Source: a virus (Duplodnaviria; Caudoviricetes). From it: a DNA stretch of 51,664 nt. Positions 1-8,545 of this stretch are shown here, piece after piece; position 1 is the first letter of the stretch, and each line of letters opens with the position of its first letter. Location: positions 1 to 51,664 of IMG/VR virus record IMGVR_UViG_3300001473_000098, one strand, 5' to 3'. Both the position numbers and the translations under genes were made by a program. A model generated the notes under the pieces. That model worked only from the letters and a program-made list of their open reading frames with translations, ran no database searches and had not been told where the DNA came from.

Positions 1-231
1 ATGTTTATCGAACAAACCGAAGTCCTCGATCCCAAGGGATGGTCCGTTCTGTGTCGCGATCCTGGTGACGATGGCGCCACCCTTGCAATTCAGGCGAACA
101 TGAACGGCATCATCAAGGTCGTCTGGGAAGACACCGAAACCGGCGAATGGTGGACGATTTCCGGCCATGCTTACCACGTTCCGAAGGGCATGAACGCCGT
201 GGATTATGCCCGAACCCTGATCAAGCCATAA
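1..231 (+). CDS. Hypothetical protein
   Basis: 76-aa ORF at the window edge, first of a co-oriented run of small ORFs. Confidence 0.55.
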   Translation: MFIEQTEVLDPKGWSVLCRDPGDDGATLAIQANMNGIIKVVWEDTETGEWWTISGHAYHVPKGMNAVDYARTLIKP

Positions 232-245
232 AGGGAAACAGAACG

Positions 246-635
246 ATGACCCTCAAGCACAACACCCCGTTTGAATTCCGCATCACAATGCCGGACGGGA
301 CATACAAATGGGAACTGATGTGGATCAACACCGAGGATCACGACCGATACGGGGATCCTGCGAAAGACCTCGGTCCCGGCTGGCATCGCGCAAGACGGTC
401 CGACGGTGCGGGTTTTTGCCTTTACAATAAGGGACTACGCTTTCCTGACCCCGCAACGGTAAAACAGGACCCGCCGGACGTGACTGCTGCAGAAATTCGG
501 GCGTATTTCGGACATGACGGCAAGACGGTCAAAGTCCAGGTTCCAAGGAAGGACGACATTATTCGCCGCAACGGTGAAGTTTGCGGGAAGGTCGGCGATG
601 TGCGTATGGCCATTTTGAAAAAAAGAAACACATAG
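246..635 (+). CDS. Hypothetical protein
   Basis: ATG at 246 preceded by AAGGGA; begins MTLKHNTPF. Confidence 0.6.
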   Translation: MTLKHNTPFEFRITMPDGTYKWELMWINTEDHDRYGDPAKDLGPGWHRARRSDGAGFCLYNKGLRFPDPATVKQDPPDVTAAEIRAYFGHDGKTVKVQVPRKDDIIRRNGEVCGKVGDVRMAILKKRNT

Positions 636-645
636 GAGACAGGCA

Positions 646-951
646 ATGGACTCGATACTTGGCTATCAATTGATCCAGACCATGATGATGGACGAAGGAT
701 GGACCACCAACGTCTATCATGTCTCAAAGCCCGGCCGCGACGTGACGCCGGTATACAATGGACGATCCCTGGCGAAGGCATGGGACGCCCTCACACAAGC
801 CGACAATTGCAGCATCATCTTCATGAAAAACAAACTTGTCGACGGCATGGAAATCAGCCATGCCGGCAAGGCGAACGAAACCGTCAAGCCGGCATCCGAC
901 AAAGGGGTCGTTGCTGAAATCTGGGCCGAATTCCAATCGGTTATGGTGTGA
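646..951 (+). CDS. Hypothetical protein
   Basis: AGGAGA RBS upstream; 101 aa. Confidence 0.65.
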   Translation: MDSILGYQLIQTMMMDEGWTTNVYHVSKPGRDVTPVYNGRSLAKAWDALTQADNCSIIFMKNKLVDGMEISHAGKANETVKPASDKGVVAEIWAEFQSVMV

Positions 952-958
952 GGGGACT

Positions 959-1216
959 ATGGCGGATAATGACGACAAGGACGCTGTCAGCGCCGAAAAG
1001 GGGCTGACAGCGGAGGAATTCCAGGAATGGATGGCCGCGATGGGATTTCGGTTCGACACCGATGCGTCGAAGGCCCTCGACGTGCACCCCCTGTCGATCA
1101 AGAAATGGAAAACCGGAGGCTGCGACGCGAAGATCGAGGCGGCTTGTTATGGGCTGTTCATCCGCAAGACCTATCCGAATATGCCGCCGCCGCCGTGGAA
1201 AACGAATAATAGATAG
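959..1216 (+). CDS. Small XRE/Cro-like HTH protein
   Basis: GAGGGG RBS; LTAEEFQEWMAAMGF..DASKALDVHPLSIKKWKTG fits an HTH. Confidence 0.65.
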   Translation: MADNDDKDAVSAEKGLTAEEFQEWMAAMGFRFDTDASKALDVHPLSIKKWKTGGCDAKIEAACYGLFIRKTYPNMPPPPWKTNNR

Positions 1217-1299
1217 CGAGTGACCTTGAATTACTTTTCCAAGGTGCTACATATCAATTATTGCAACGCCCTACGGGCCGCTCTTAGGAGAAAGAAACC

Positions 1300-1644
1300 A
1301 TGATCATGCAATCCATCGACTATACCGTTCACGAAGATCATCCTGCCGCGAAGGTGCTGCGCGCCTATCACAAGGGTCTGCTCATTCAGCGGGTCGATGT
1401 CCCAAAGGACAACAAGACCGGCTGCCCCAGCATCCGAATTGACGATTACAAATTGGTCGACACCAACAATTTTTGTCGTTGGGAGTCAGACCCGGCACAT
1501 CGTGAAGCCATAATGGATATTGCCGAAAAACTGGATCGCCTTCGCGGGACGACAAACAGCGTGGCGTTCATGCACCAATCGAAGCATTCAGGCGTCCTCC
1601 GGTTCTACAACGAACAGGAAATTCTCGATTGTATCAACGCATAG
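1300..1644 (+). CDS. Hypothetical protein
   Basis: AGGAGA RBS; follows an AT-rich spacer with a promoter-like TTGAAT..TACATA. Confidence 0.65.
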   Translation: MIMQSIDYTVHEDHPAAKVLRAYHKGLLIQRVDVPKDNKTGCPSIRIDDYKLVDTNNFCRWESDPAHREAIMDIAEKLDRLRGTTNSVAFMHQSKHSGVLRFYNEQEILDCINA

Positions 1645-1659
1645 GAACGGTTTAGATCG

Positions 1660-2121
1660 ATGATCAGACGATCCGGCGGCGGCCGCCAGAAAATGTGGAA
1701 CGCACTCCGATCGGCAACTGGGCCGGTCGGGGTCGAGCAAATGATGGAATTGTCAGGCAGCGAGGAATCCAGTGTCTGGGTCTACATGTCCGGCCTGATG
1801 AAGCACGACTATGTCCAGCGTCGCCCTTCAGGCTGGGTTCTTCTGCAGGATACGGGGCCGCATTCGCCGGCATACTCCGCACAAACCGGCGAACTGCATG
1901 ATTGGAACCTCAACCCGCGCATGTCGCCGGCAACACTAACACGGGCATGGAAACGATCCGGCTTGAGCGTGTCCGCATTCGCAGAAGCCATCGGCTTCAA
2001 TCGCGGAAGTTCGGCCCGCGTCGCTTCGATGATGCGCGGCGGTCGTCCTGTTTCGGCACAGGTCGAAAACGCCGTGAACGAATATCTGAAAAAGAGCGGC
2101 GACGCGCACTCTGGAAAATAG
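1660..2121 (+). CDS. Winged-helix (Mu-like phage early protein type) plus C-terminal XRE HTH DNA-binding protein
   Basis: MWNALR...YMSGLMKHDYV...LLQDTGPHSP...HDWN, then SGLSVSAFAEAIGF...MMRGGRPVS. Confidence 0.55.
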   Translation: MIRRSGGGRQKMWNALRSATGPVGVEQMMELSGSEESSVWVYMSGLMKHDYVQRRPSGWVLLQDTGPHSPAYSAQTGELHDWNLNPRMSPATLTRAWKRSGLSVSAFAEAIGFNRGSSARVASMMRGGRPVSAQVENAVNEYLKKSGDAHSGK

Positions 2122-2184
2122 CCCACCGCCGCCGCCCGCATTCTCCGCAGCCAGGCTTGACGCCGGCGCCTGAATGCCGCCCAG

Positions 2185-3012
2185 CTATAAAGCGCCGGCG
2201 GCCGTGCGTCCATCCGCTTTCAAAATCCCCCGCCCGATCAACTCCGCGATCTGCGGCACGATCGCGTTGCCGACCGCCTTCAGCCGGTCCAGCCCTTTGG
2301 GTAGCCCATGATCGTTTCGGCCAATTCGACCGTCTGTGTTAGCGACCATCCGATCCACTGAGGGAAAAAGGTAAATCTGATCTGCCCACCTCGCCCGACC
2401 GTTCTGGATATCGAGCGCCGCGGATCGGATTTGCTCACGCGTGACCAGCCGATCGGTTCGCTGGCCAATGGGGTAGGCAACAATCCAGATCCGATCCCGG
2501 CCGTGCGGTAGGCCAATGTTTCCAGCTCCGATGCAATGCCATTCCGCATCATACCCGAGCGCGGCCAGGTCGCCGAGAACCGTGTCCAGTCCTCTAACAA
2601 GCAGCGCTGACACGTTCTCCACGACCACGTAGCGGGGTCGAAGCTCGCCAACAAGACGGGCGATTTCGGACCAGAGCCCGCTTCGCTGACCCTTAAGTCC
2701 GGCACCGTGGCCGGCATACGAGATATCCTGGCAGGGGAATCCCCCGCAAGCAACGTCAATTGGTCCGACATCCCGGCCCCTCAGTTTGACAACGTCATCA
2801 AAGATCGGGACCGCCGGCCAATGCCGGCGCAGGATCGAGCGGGCGAACCCGTCGATCTCGCAGAACGCGGACGTCCTGAAGCCGCCCGTCCGTTCCAGTC
2901 CCAGCGAAAAGCCGCCGATCCCGGAAAACAGATCCAGGACCGACAGTTTGGGACGATCGGGCGGGCGCGCCTTATTTTTTGGGGAAGTGGCCTCGACGCG
3001 CGAATCCGCCAT
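2185..3012 (-). CDS. C5 cytosine DNA methyltransferase, large (alpha) subunit
   Basis: Motifs I DLFSGIGGF, IV GGFPCQDIS, VI ENV, VIII PHGRDRIWIV and X GNAIVP present; motif IX absent. Confidence 0.92.
   Translation of the reverse strand: MADSRVEATSPKNKARPPDRPKLSVLDLFSGIGGFSLGLERTGGFRTSAFCEIDGFARSILRRHWPAVPIFDDVVKLRGRDVGPIDVACGGFPCQDISYAGHGAGLKGQRSGLWSEIARLVGELRPRYVVVENVSALLVRGLDTVLGDLAALGYDAEWHCIGAGNIGLPHGRDRIWIVAYPIGQRTDRLVTREQIRSAALDIQNGRARWADQIYLFPSVDRMVANTDGRIGRNDHGLPKGLDRLKAVGNAIVPQIAELIGRGILKADGRTAAGAL
2280..2771 (-). CDS. Nested alternative-frame small (beta) subunit of the C5 methyltransferase (M.EcoHK31I-like)
   Basis: Own GAGGGG RBS and ATG; WPRSGMMRNG, LLPTPLASE and motif-IX-like ELAETIMGYPKGWT. 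Confidence 0.75.
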   Translation of the reverse strand: MSDQLTLLAGDSPARISRMPATVPDLRVSEAGSGPKSPVLLASFDPATWSWRTCQRCLLEDWTRFSATWPRSGMMRNGIASELETLAYRTAGIGSGLLPTPLASEPIGWSRVSKSDPRRSISRTVGRGGQIRFTFFPQWIGWSLTQTVELAETIMGYPKGWTG

Positions 3013-3181
3013 ATCGATTGTCCTTGCGACGCTCGGAATGGCGTTCCGGTAGAGGCTCTGAAGGCCTGAAGATGTTCATCGCACCGCAGCGCGGGCATTT
3101 CAGTTCAAGGGTTCCGGCAAGAGCGCCCGGTTCCTGACGGAACAACAGACGGTCGCAGCCGGCACAGCGTATAGACTCCAT
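2972..3181 (-). CDS. com: Mu Com-like zinc-ribbon translational regulator
   Basis: IRCAGCDRLLF...ELKCPRCG; overlaps the start of the downstream methyltransferase, as in Mu com-mom. Confidence 0.85.
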   Translation of the reverse strand: MESIRCAGCDRLLFRQEPGALAGTLELKCPRCGAMNIFRPSEPLPERHSERRKDNRYGGFARRGHFPKK

Positions 3182-3339
3182 TGGTTTCCAGTGTATCAAT
3201 CGTCCCGCTGTCGACTAGCAGCGGCAGGGACGGCGATAATTGCCTTTTCGTCGGCGGGGCTGTTTTGCTATGACCCCGTGATCGGAGCGTTGCAACCACT
3301 CCGGTCTCCCTGTCTCTTTGGACAGAAAGGAATGCCGCG

Positions 3340-3999
3340 ATGTGCGGACGATTTACCCTTCACTACTCCTGGGCGGAAATGCACGAGGCCTACAATCTGG
3401 TCAGGTCCGAAGACCAGGCCCGCAACGTGCCCGCCCGCTACAACATCGCGCCGACACAGGACGTTCTGACCGTCGCCGACATCGATGGCGAGCGGCGCCT
3501 GTTTGACGCGCGGTGGTGGCTTGTGCCGTTCTGGGCGAAGGAAATCCCGAAATGGACCCTGTTTAATGCCCGCTCCGAAGACGCCGACAAAAAGCCGGCG
3601 TTCCGGGAGGCGTTCAAGTCGAAACGCTGTCTTATTCCGGCCGACGGCTATTTCGAATGGACGAAGAACGAAGACGACGGCAAGAAAGATCCCTGGTACA
3701 TCACCCTGCCCGACGGCGCGCCGTTCGCCTTCGCCGGCTTATGGGCACACAATACGAACCTGGACATTACAAGTTGCACGATTCTGACCGCGGCGGCGGA
3801 TCCGGCGATAGCGCACCTGCACCACCGCATGCCTATCATACTGGATGCCAGACACTATGATGCCTGGATGGATCCGGAAACGGATGCGGCGGACGCGAAG
3901 GCCTTGTTGACCAACAATCGCGGGGCGGAACTGTCCGGCCGACGCGTCGGCCGGGCGGTGAATTCATCGCGATCGAGCGGGGCGGACCTGATCGAATAG
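3340..3999 (+). CDS. SOS response-associated peptidase (SRAP/YedK/HMCES family), abasic-site protection
   Basis: N-terminal MCGRF, RYNIAPTQ, NARSE, GYFEW, HHRMP. Confidence 0.95.
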   Translation: MCGRFTLHYSWAEMHEAYNLVRSEDQARNVPARYNIAPTQDVLTVADIDGERRLFDARWWLVPFWAKEIPKWTLFNARSEDADKKPAFREAFKSKRCLIPADGYFEWTKNEDDGKKDPWYITLPDGAPFAFAGLWAHNTNLDITSCTILTAAADPAIAHLHHRMPIILDARHYDAWMDPETDAADAKALLTNNRGAELSGRRVGRAVNSSRSSGADLIE

Positions 4000-4057
4000 C
4001 GAATTCGGTTTTACAGATTTCGACGCGGATTATGCGGGTGATCATGCAAAGGCGCCC

Positions 4058-4261
4058 TTAGCCGGCACGTTTCCAGCCACACAGCCGCTCACCCTTCAAA
4101 TTATGCTCCACCGCCCGCCGCTTTTCCTCGATCGTCATCGCGGCAATGACGGCCGGTGACAGGATCCGCGGCTGATTGCCGACACAGAAGTCGCCGGGTC
4201 TGGTCGGCGTGGCGCAGCCGGCCAGGATCAGGGCCGCGGCGAGGATCAGTCCCTTGACCAT
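4058..4261 (-). CDS. Outer-membrane spanin-like lipoprotein (Rz1-like)
   Basis: Signal peptide with LAGC lipobox; overlaps the end of the upstream TM gene; end of the lysis cassette. Confidence 0.7.
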   Translation of the reverse strand: MVKGLILAAALILAGCATPTRPGDFCVGNQPRILSPAVIAAMTIEEKRRAVEHNLKGERLCGWKRAG

Positions 4262-4491
4262 TTCATCAGCTCCTTTTCCAGTTCCGCTTCCGACATGACG
4301 GCGACGTCGCGGCGGACATCGTCCTGGACTTCGTAAGTCCGGATCGTCCGCCTCATCGCCTTCGACCGCTCCGCGTTTCGGCCCTGCGACCGGCCGAACA
4401 GCCAGGTCGCACCAAGCGTGAACAGAGCCGCGACACTGGCCATAAGCCCGCCGAATCCGCCGGGGATTGTGGATGCAATCAGATCAAACAT
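4246..4491 (-). CDS. Inner-membrane spanin-like protein (Rz-like)
   Basis: N-terminal TM followed by a charged helical region; directly precedes the lipoprotein. Confidence 0.65.
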   Translation of the reverse strand: MFDLIASTIPGGFGGLMASVAALFTLGATWLFGRSQGRNAERSKAMRRTIRTYEVQDDVRRDVAVMSEAELEKELMKWSRD

Positions 4492-4738
4492 TGTCGTCTC
4501 CATCGAAAAGGTCGGGCGCGATCGCGATGTCGCTGGTCTCGTTGCGCCAGGCCAACCGCGTATTGGTGAAATAGGTCCGCAACACGTAAAGGACGGGCCC
4601 GGACAGATAGACAAGCGTCTGGTTGATCTTGTTGACCACGTCTTCGGGGAACACGCCCCAGACGCCAAGTAGCGATACGATCGCAAAGATCAGGGCATAC
4701 AGGTTGATCTTCGATTTGGCCGGGTTCTTGGTTTGCAT
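4484..4738 (-). CDS. Putative holin
   Basis: 84 aa with two hydrophobic segments, GGAGG RBS, right after the endolysin. Confidence 0.65.
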   Translation of the reverse strand: MQTKNPAKSKINLYALIFAIVSLLGVWGVFPEDVVNKINQTLVYLSGPVLYVLRTYFTNTRLAWRNETSDIAIAPDLFDGDDNV

Positions 4739-4740
4739 GC

Positions 4741-5688
4741 TCAACCTCCAAACCACATTTGCCAACCCGCGCCGGCAGCCGCCACGATGGCCGCGATCAG
4801 GGAATAGAAGCCATTGGCCTGGTCCGCCTTTGGCGCATTGTCATCGACGACAATTGCAACCGGCTTCGGAATCGGTTTCGGCGGCGGATCCTTGGCGAGC
4901 TTTGCCAGCGTGTCGCGCCCGACCAGGCCGTCGACGGTCAAACCGTTCTGCGCCTGGAAGGTTCGAACCGCCGTTTCCGTGCCGGGCCCGAAATCGCCAT
5001 CGATGGCGACGGGGAACCCATGAACGACCAACCGGCGCTGAAGGCCTTCGACCGCCTCGCCTTCCGACCCGCGGCGGAGGACCCTGATGCCGTTCTGGCG
5101 GCTCGACACAGCCGCGCCGGCCTTGACCGCAAGCAGCGTCTTCGCCTTGGCTAGGTAATGCCGCCGATCCGCCAGGCCGTTCCTGCCACCATTGACGCGC
5201 TTCGTGACCATGACGATGTCGTCACGATCGGCGTATCGGTTCAGTTTCCGCGACTGCCAATAATAGACCGCCGACAACAGGGCCCATGGCATGCCCTCGA
5301 GCGCGTCCGGCCGGTCGACAAAATTCGGCGGGTTCAGGTTATTCGACCGGCACCACTTGAAAAACTCTGTGACGTTGGCCCGACCGGTCGTCTGGATCAG
5401 CCCCCTGCCCCGGAAGCGCCGGCCATCGCCCTTTTGCGTGTTACCCAGGTCCCTGCGCCCCTCATAGGCCGCGCCGGATGCATATTCCCGGGTCGTGCAG
5501 AAGCCATCGGCTTCGTGCGCGATCTGGGCAAGGAAATGCGCCTTGCGCAGCGCCGTGTCGATGCGGAACTTGACCGCGGTGTCGTCAATGATCGGCCCAA
5601 GTTCGCGCAGGATTTGTTCCTGCCGGGCGCCCTTTTGTCCGCGCACGCGCGGCGCCAACGCGCGAAGCATTGCGTAATCGATTTTCAT
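4741..5688 (-). CDS. Endolysin: GH19 domain, peptidoglycan-binding domain, C-terminal TM
   Basis: FLAQIAHE, RGRGLIQTTGR, TKRVNGGRNGLADR; DGDFGPGTETAVRTFQ..GLTVDGLVG. Confidence 0.92.
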   Translation of the reverse strand: MKIDYAMLRALAPRVRGQKGARQEQILRELGPIIDDTAVKFRIDTALRKAHFLAQIAHEADGFCTTREYASGAAYEGRRDLGNTQKGDGRRFRGRGLIQTTGRANVTEFFKWCRSNNLNPPNFVDRPDALEGMPWALLSAVYYWQSRKLNRYADRDDIVMVTKRVNGGRNGLADRRHYLAKAKTLLAVKAGAAVSSRQNGIRVLRRGSEGEAVEGLQRRLVVHGFPVAIDGDFGPGTETAVRTFQAQNGLTVDGLVGRDTLAKLAKDPPPKPIPKPVAIVVDDNAPKADQANGFYSLIAAIVAAAGAGWQMWFGG

Positions 5689-5732
5689 AATGGTCTCCGG
5701 TGATTGTCGGCTGGGCCGACGGTTCGTCGCGT

Positions 5733-6113
5733 TCAGTCCGTCACGGGCAGCCGCGCGACACAGCTCATGAAGATCCTGTTTCCGGCCGGGAACATCTGCC
5801 GTTCGCCGATGAAGACATCGAAGGCCGTTCCGTCCACCTTGCGCCCCCGGACCACGCCGTCCTGTGCAAACCGCAAGCGGCCGCCTTCCCGAATCCTCGA
5901 CGTCATGTCGGACCCGTGCGGATGATCAATCCCCCGATCGATCAGCTCCGAAACGTTACGTCCGACCACTTCGCGATAATCGGAATATCCGAACAGCGTG
6001 CAGAAAGCCGGGGCCGCGAACACGATCTGGCTTAAGTGGTCCGTGATGCAAAGCGCTTCCGGCCGCAGCCCCAGATAGGCTGTCGCCGCCAGTGCGCCGT
6101 CAAGATCCATCAT
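5733..6113 (-). CDS. Stand-alone PAS-domain protein (FixL/heme-PAS-like)
   Basis: PAFCTLFGYS..EVVGRNVSEL..H..GRKVDGTAFDV PAS signature; TGATG coupling to the upstream gene. Confidence 0.8.
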   Translation of the reverse strand: MMDLDGALAATAYLGLRPEALCITDHLSQIVFAAPAFCTLFGYSDYREVVGRNVSELIDRGIDHPHGSDMTSRIREGGRLRFAQDGVVRGRKVDGTAFDVFIGERQMFPAGNRIFMSCVARLPVTD

Positions 6114-6385
6114 CACACCTGTTTCGCCTGCATAGCGTTCAAGGCCATGTTTTCCTTGAATTCGCGGTAGGGCGCGATTTCCTCGCGCAATTCGTCGATC
6201 TCGCGCCGCATAGCCCGCAGTTCGGCGCCATAAAGACGCGGCGCGATCCACTTGAAGGCAACGAACGCGCCGGTCAGAAAACCAAGACCGAACAATCCAC
6301 CGGACGGCCCCAAAAACAGCTCCACAAATCTCCCCGCATCCATGCGCGCCGCCTCCTTAGCCCCGATGTCATCGCGAATGGACAT
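6113..6385 (-). CDS. Single-TM, coiled-coil membrane protein (holin/antiholin-like)
   Basis: GLFGLGFLTGAFVAFKW TM then LRAMRREIDELREEI; first gene of the lysis cassette. Confidence 0.65.
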   Translation of the reverse strand: MSIRDDIGAKEAARMDAGRFVELFLGPSGGLFGLGFLTGAFVAFKWIAPRLYGAELRAMRREIDELREEIAPYREFKENMALNAMQAKQV

Positions 6386-6406
6386 TACCGATCGTCCTTT
6401 CCCTGC

Positions 6407-7066
6407 CTAAACCGAAGAAACCGCCCCGCCGAAACCGAGTTCAACCGCTTTAGCCCGCGCCGCATCGATCAGGGTGTCGACCAGCGGATCTACGTCGTCG
6501 ACGGACGAAAGGGCCGCAATCTGCGTTTCGGCGAGATTGCGCAGTCCCTCGATCGCGGCAGACATCTTTGCAAAGTCGGCAGCTTTCTCCCGCACCGAGT
6601 TCGCAAGCGCCGTGACGCCGGCGGCGTCCAGATCCATCGCGGCAACGAGTTCCTTCAAAATCAACGTGTCGGCCACATCGCCGCCGGCGAGAACCGCGCG
6701 CGCTTCCGCCTGCTTGGTCGGCCAGGCCATCGTCTCGGCATCCGGATACTGCTTCACAATCTCTTTTGTGAAACTGTCGACATAATCGACAACGCGCCGA
6801 TAGGCCCTTGCCCGAGCCCGCACCAAGCTGGCATTTTGAAGTGCAGGCATGTCTGACACCAGCGCGTCGATGATCTGCGCCATCGTTTCAGGAAAACGGA
6901 TTTCAAATGAACCATCCGGCAATCTAAACAATCCAACATTCGCGCCATCATATTCCGTTGACTCCAAAGCAATGCGCAAGCCCAGATACGCCGCTTCATC
7001 GAGCGGCCGTGTTTCCGACTGGAACGGCTTGATCATCGGTTTCACCGGCTCTTGTTCATCTGGCAT
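6407..7066 (-). CDS. Tail fibre assembly/chaperone-like protein
   Basis: YPDAETMAWPTKQAEARA motif typical of proteins following tail fibre genes. Confidence 0.6.
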   Translation of the reverse strand: MPDEQEPVKPMIKPFQSETRPLDEAAYLGLRIALESTEYDGANVGLFRLPDGSFEIRFPETMAQIIDALVSDMPALQNASLVRARARAYRRVVDYVDSFTKEIVKQYPDAETMAWPTKQAEARAVLAGGDVADTLILKELVAAMDLDAAGVTALANSVREKAADFAKMSAAIEGLRNLAETQIAALSSVDDVDPLVDTLIDAARAKAVELGFGGAVSSV

Positions 7067-7076
7067 GACGGGCCCT

Positions 7077-7745
7077 CTATGCAACGGATAATTTGGTAAC
7101 TGAAAACCGGCTTGTGAACGCGGTCGGGAAACCTGATCCGCCGCCCGCATCATCTCGGGAAACTCGAATGTAGTAACTTTCTCCGGGAGAGACCGTGCCA
7201 CAAAAAGCGACGCACGCGCCGAGGTTCGCCGAGGTTCCTGACGTCCTGTTGTCCTTTGCCACCCCTTGCGCAACACCGGTTTTCATGATGTGCACGTTAA
7301 TGCCTCTTGCGCCCGCGCCACCGACAAAATCCATGCAAGACATTATCAGCAACAACCCTCCGTCCGAGGGTCCACAGGTCCATAGGACCCCATCAAATGT
7401 GGAGTCGATGAAATTGTTTTCTTCTTCCGTGGCGAAACTCACGTTGGTCGCAACAGCGTCAGGGAACCCCTGCGACCCGTCAACGTAGTAAACCATCCTC
7501 GGCAGGTTCGGTGCTATTGGCGGATCATTCGGCCCGGGTTGACCTAAAAGCTTGAACAATTGGTGCACCTGCGTCAGGTCGTCTGGATCCAAAGTGAATC
7601 CAAATTGTTCCAGAGCGAAGGCGATTTCCTCGATCAGATCGGTAAATGCCCGGTGCGGAACACGGGATCCCTTGGTCCCCGCTGCACGGTCTCCATCTTT
7701 CCAGTCGGCAAAGTTTGCAGAACCAACGGGCGGCGTTCTGTACAT
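7077..7745 (-). CDS. Short tail fibre/receptor-binding protein
   Basis: Conserved N-terminal DGDRAAGTKGSRVP..EI..LDPDDLTQ anchor; beta-rich, more AT-rich C-terminus. Confidence 0.75.
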   Translation of the reverse strand: MYRTPPVGSANFADWKDGDRAAGTKGSRVPHRAFTDLIEEIAFALEQFGFTLDPDDLTQVHQLFKLLGQPGPNDPPIAPNLPRMVYYVDGSQGFPDAVATNVSFATEEENNFIDSTFDGVLWTCGPSDGGLLLIMSCMDFVGGAGARGINVHIMKTGVAQGVAKDNRTSGTSANLGACVAFCGTVSPGESYYIRVSRDDAGGGSGFPTAFTSRFSVTKLSVA

Positions 7746-7746
7746 G

Positions 7747-8499
7747 TCAAGCTCCAATCACTTCGGAATAGTCGAAATAGAGAAGCGACCAGGCCGGCCG
7801 CAGCGGGCGGAATATGCATTCCAGTTCTTCATTGGCCGGCCAGTCGAGCAGGCGCGTGACACCGGCCTCGCCGATCGCCGCCTCGAAATAGTCAGACGGG
7901 CCCGCCGCCAGATGCACGACCCATTCGACCTCGAGATTGACGGTCGCGGTTTCATGGTCGAGCCCGCATTCCGACACGCCGCATTCGAAGGCTTCGGGCT
8001 CCTCGATGCGGATATCGAAACCGAGGCGCGCAGCCAGACACAGATAGTCGCCGGGCGAGATCGTTGCCGGCGACAGCTCCTTGGCCACGACCGCGCGGAG
8101 ACGGGTTTCAAGCGATTGATCCGTCCCGAAACAGGGGTTCGGCAATCCGAAATCGGTCTCCCAACCCTCAAGCGAGTCCGTGATCGTCGAGACGGTCGAT
8201 TCCAACGCCGTTGAAAACATGCGCTGATAAAGCGGTTTCAGCACGCCGGCAAAGCCGCGCCAGAACGTCGTCATCTCGCTGGCCGGATTGTGCACCTCGC
8301 CGTCCGGCGTGCCCCAGGCCGCGCCCTGGGGCAAAAGGGCGACGATCTGGTTCGTCAGGTCGGTTTCGTCCGGATCCGACTCTGCGTCCCGGGTATCGAG
8401 AACAGCGGCTTCCAGATCGTCCGGGCACGGCCATTCGATCAAAATCCCGTCGTCCGGCGGATCAAAGACCGCGCCGCTCACAATGTGCCATGTCGACAT
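7747..8499 (-). CDS. Baseplate protein (Mu gp48/YmfQ/DUF2313-like)
   Basis: LLPQGAAW, WETDFGLPNPC, LECIFRPLRPAW; follows baseplate J. Confidence 0.85.
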   Translation of the reverse strand: MSTWHIVSGAVFDPPDDGILIEWPCPDDLEAAVLDTRDAESDPDETDLTNQIVALLPQGAAWGTPDGEVHNPASEMTTFWRGFAGVLKPLYQRMFSTALESTVSTITDSLEGWETDFGLPNPCFGTDQSLETRLRAVVAKELSPATISPGDYLCLAARLGFDIRIEEPEAFECGVSECGLDHETATVNLEVEWVVHLAAGPSDYFEAAIGEAGVTRLLDWPANEELECIFRPLRPAWSLLYFDYSEVIGA

Positions 8500-8545
8500 T
8501 ATTTGTTTCCCTGTCGCGGCTTTGCCGCTGCACGCCTCTTGGGCT

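Noticed and set aside
1268-1278. GCCC-TAC-GGGC boxB-like hairpin
   Set aside because: Four-bp stem, no boxA and no N-like gene identified
6062-6991. AYLGLR hexapeptide shared by the PAS protein and the tail fibre chaperone
   Set aside because: Codons differ and there is no flanking similarity; likely chance
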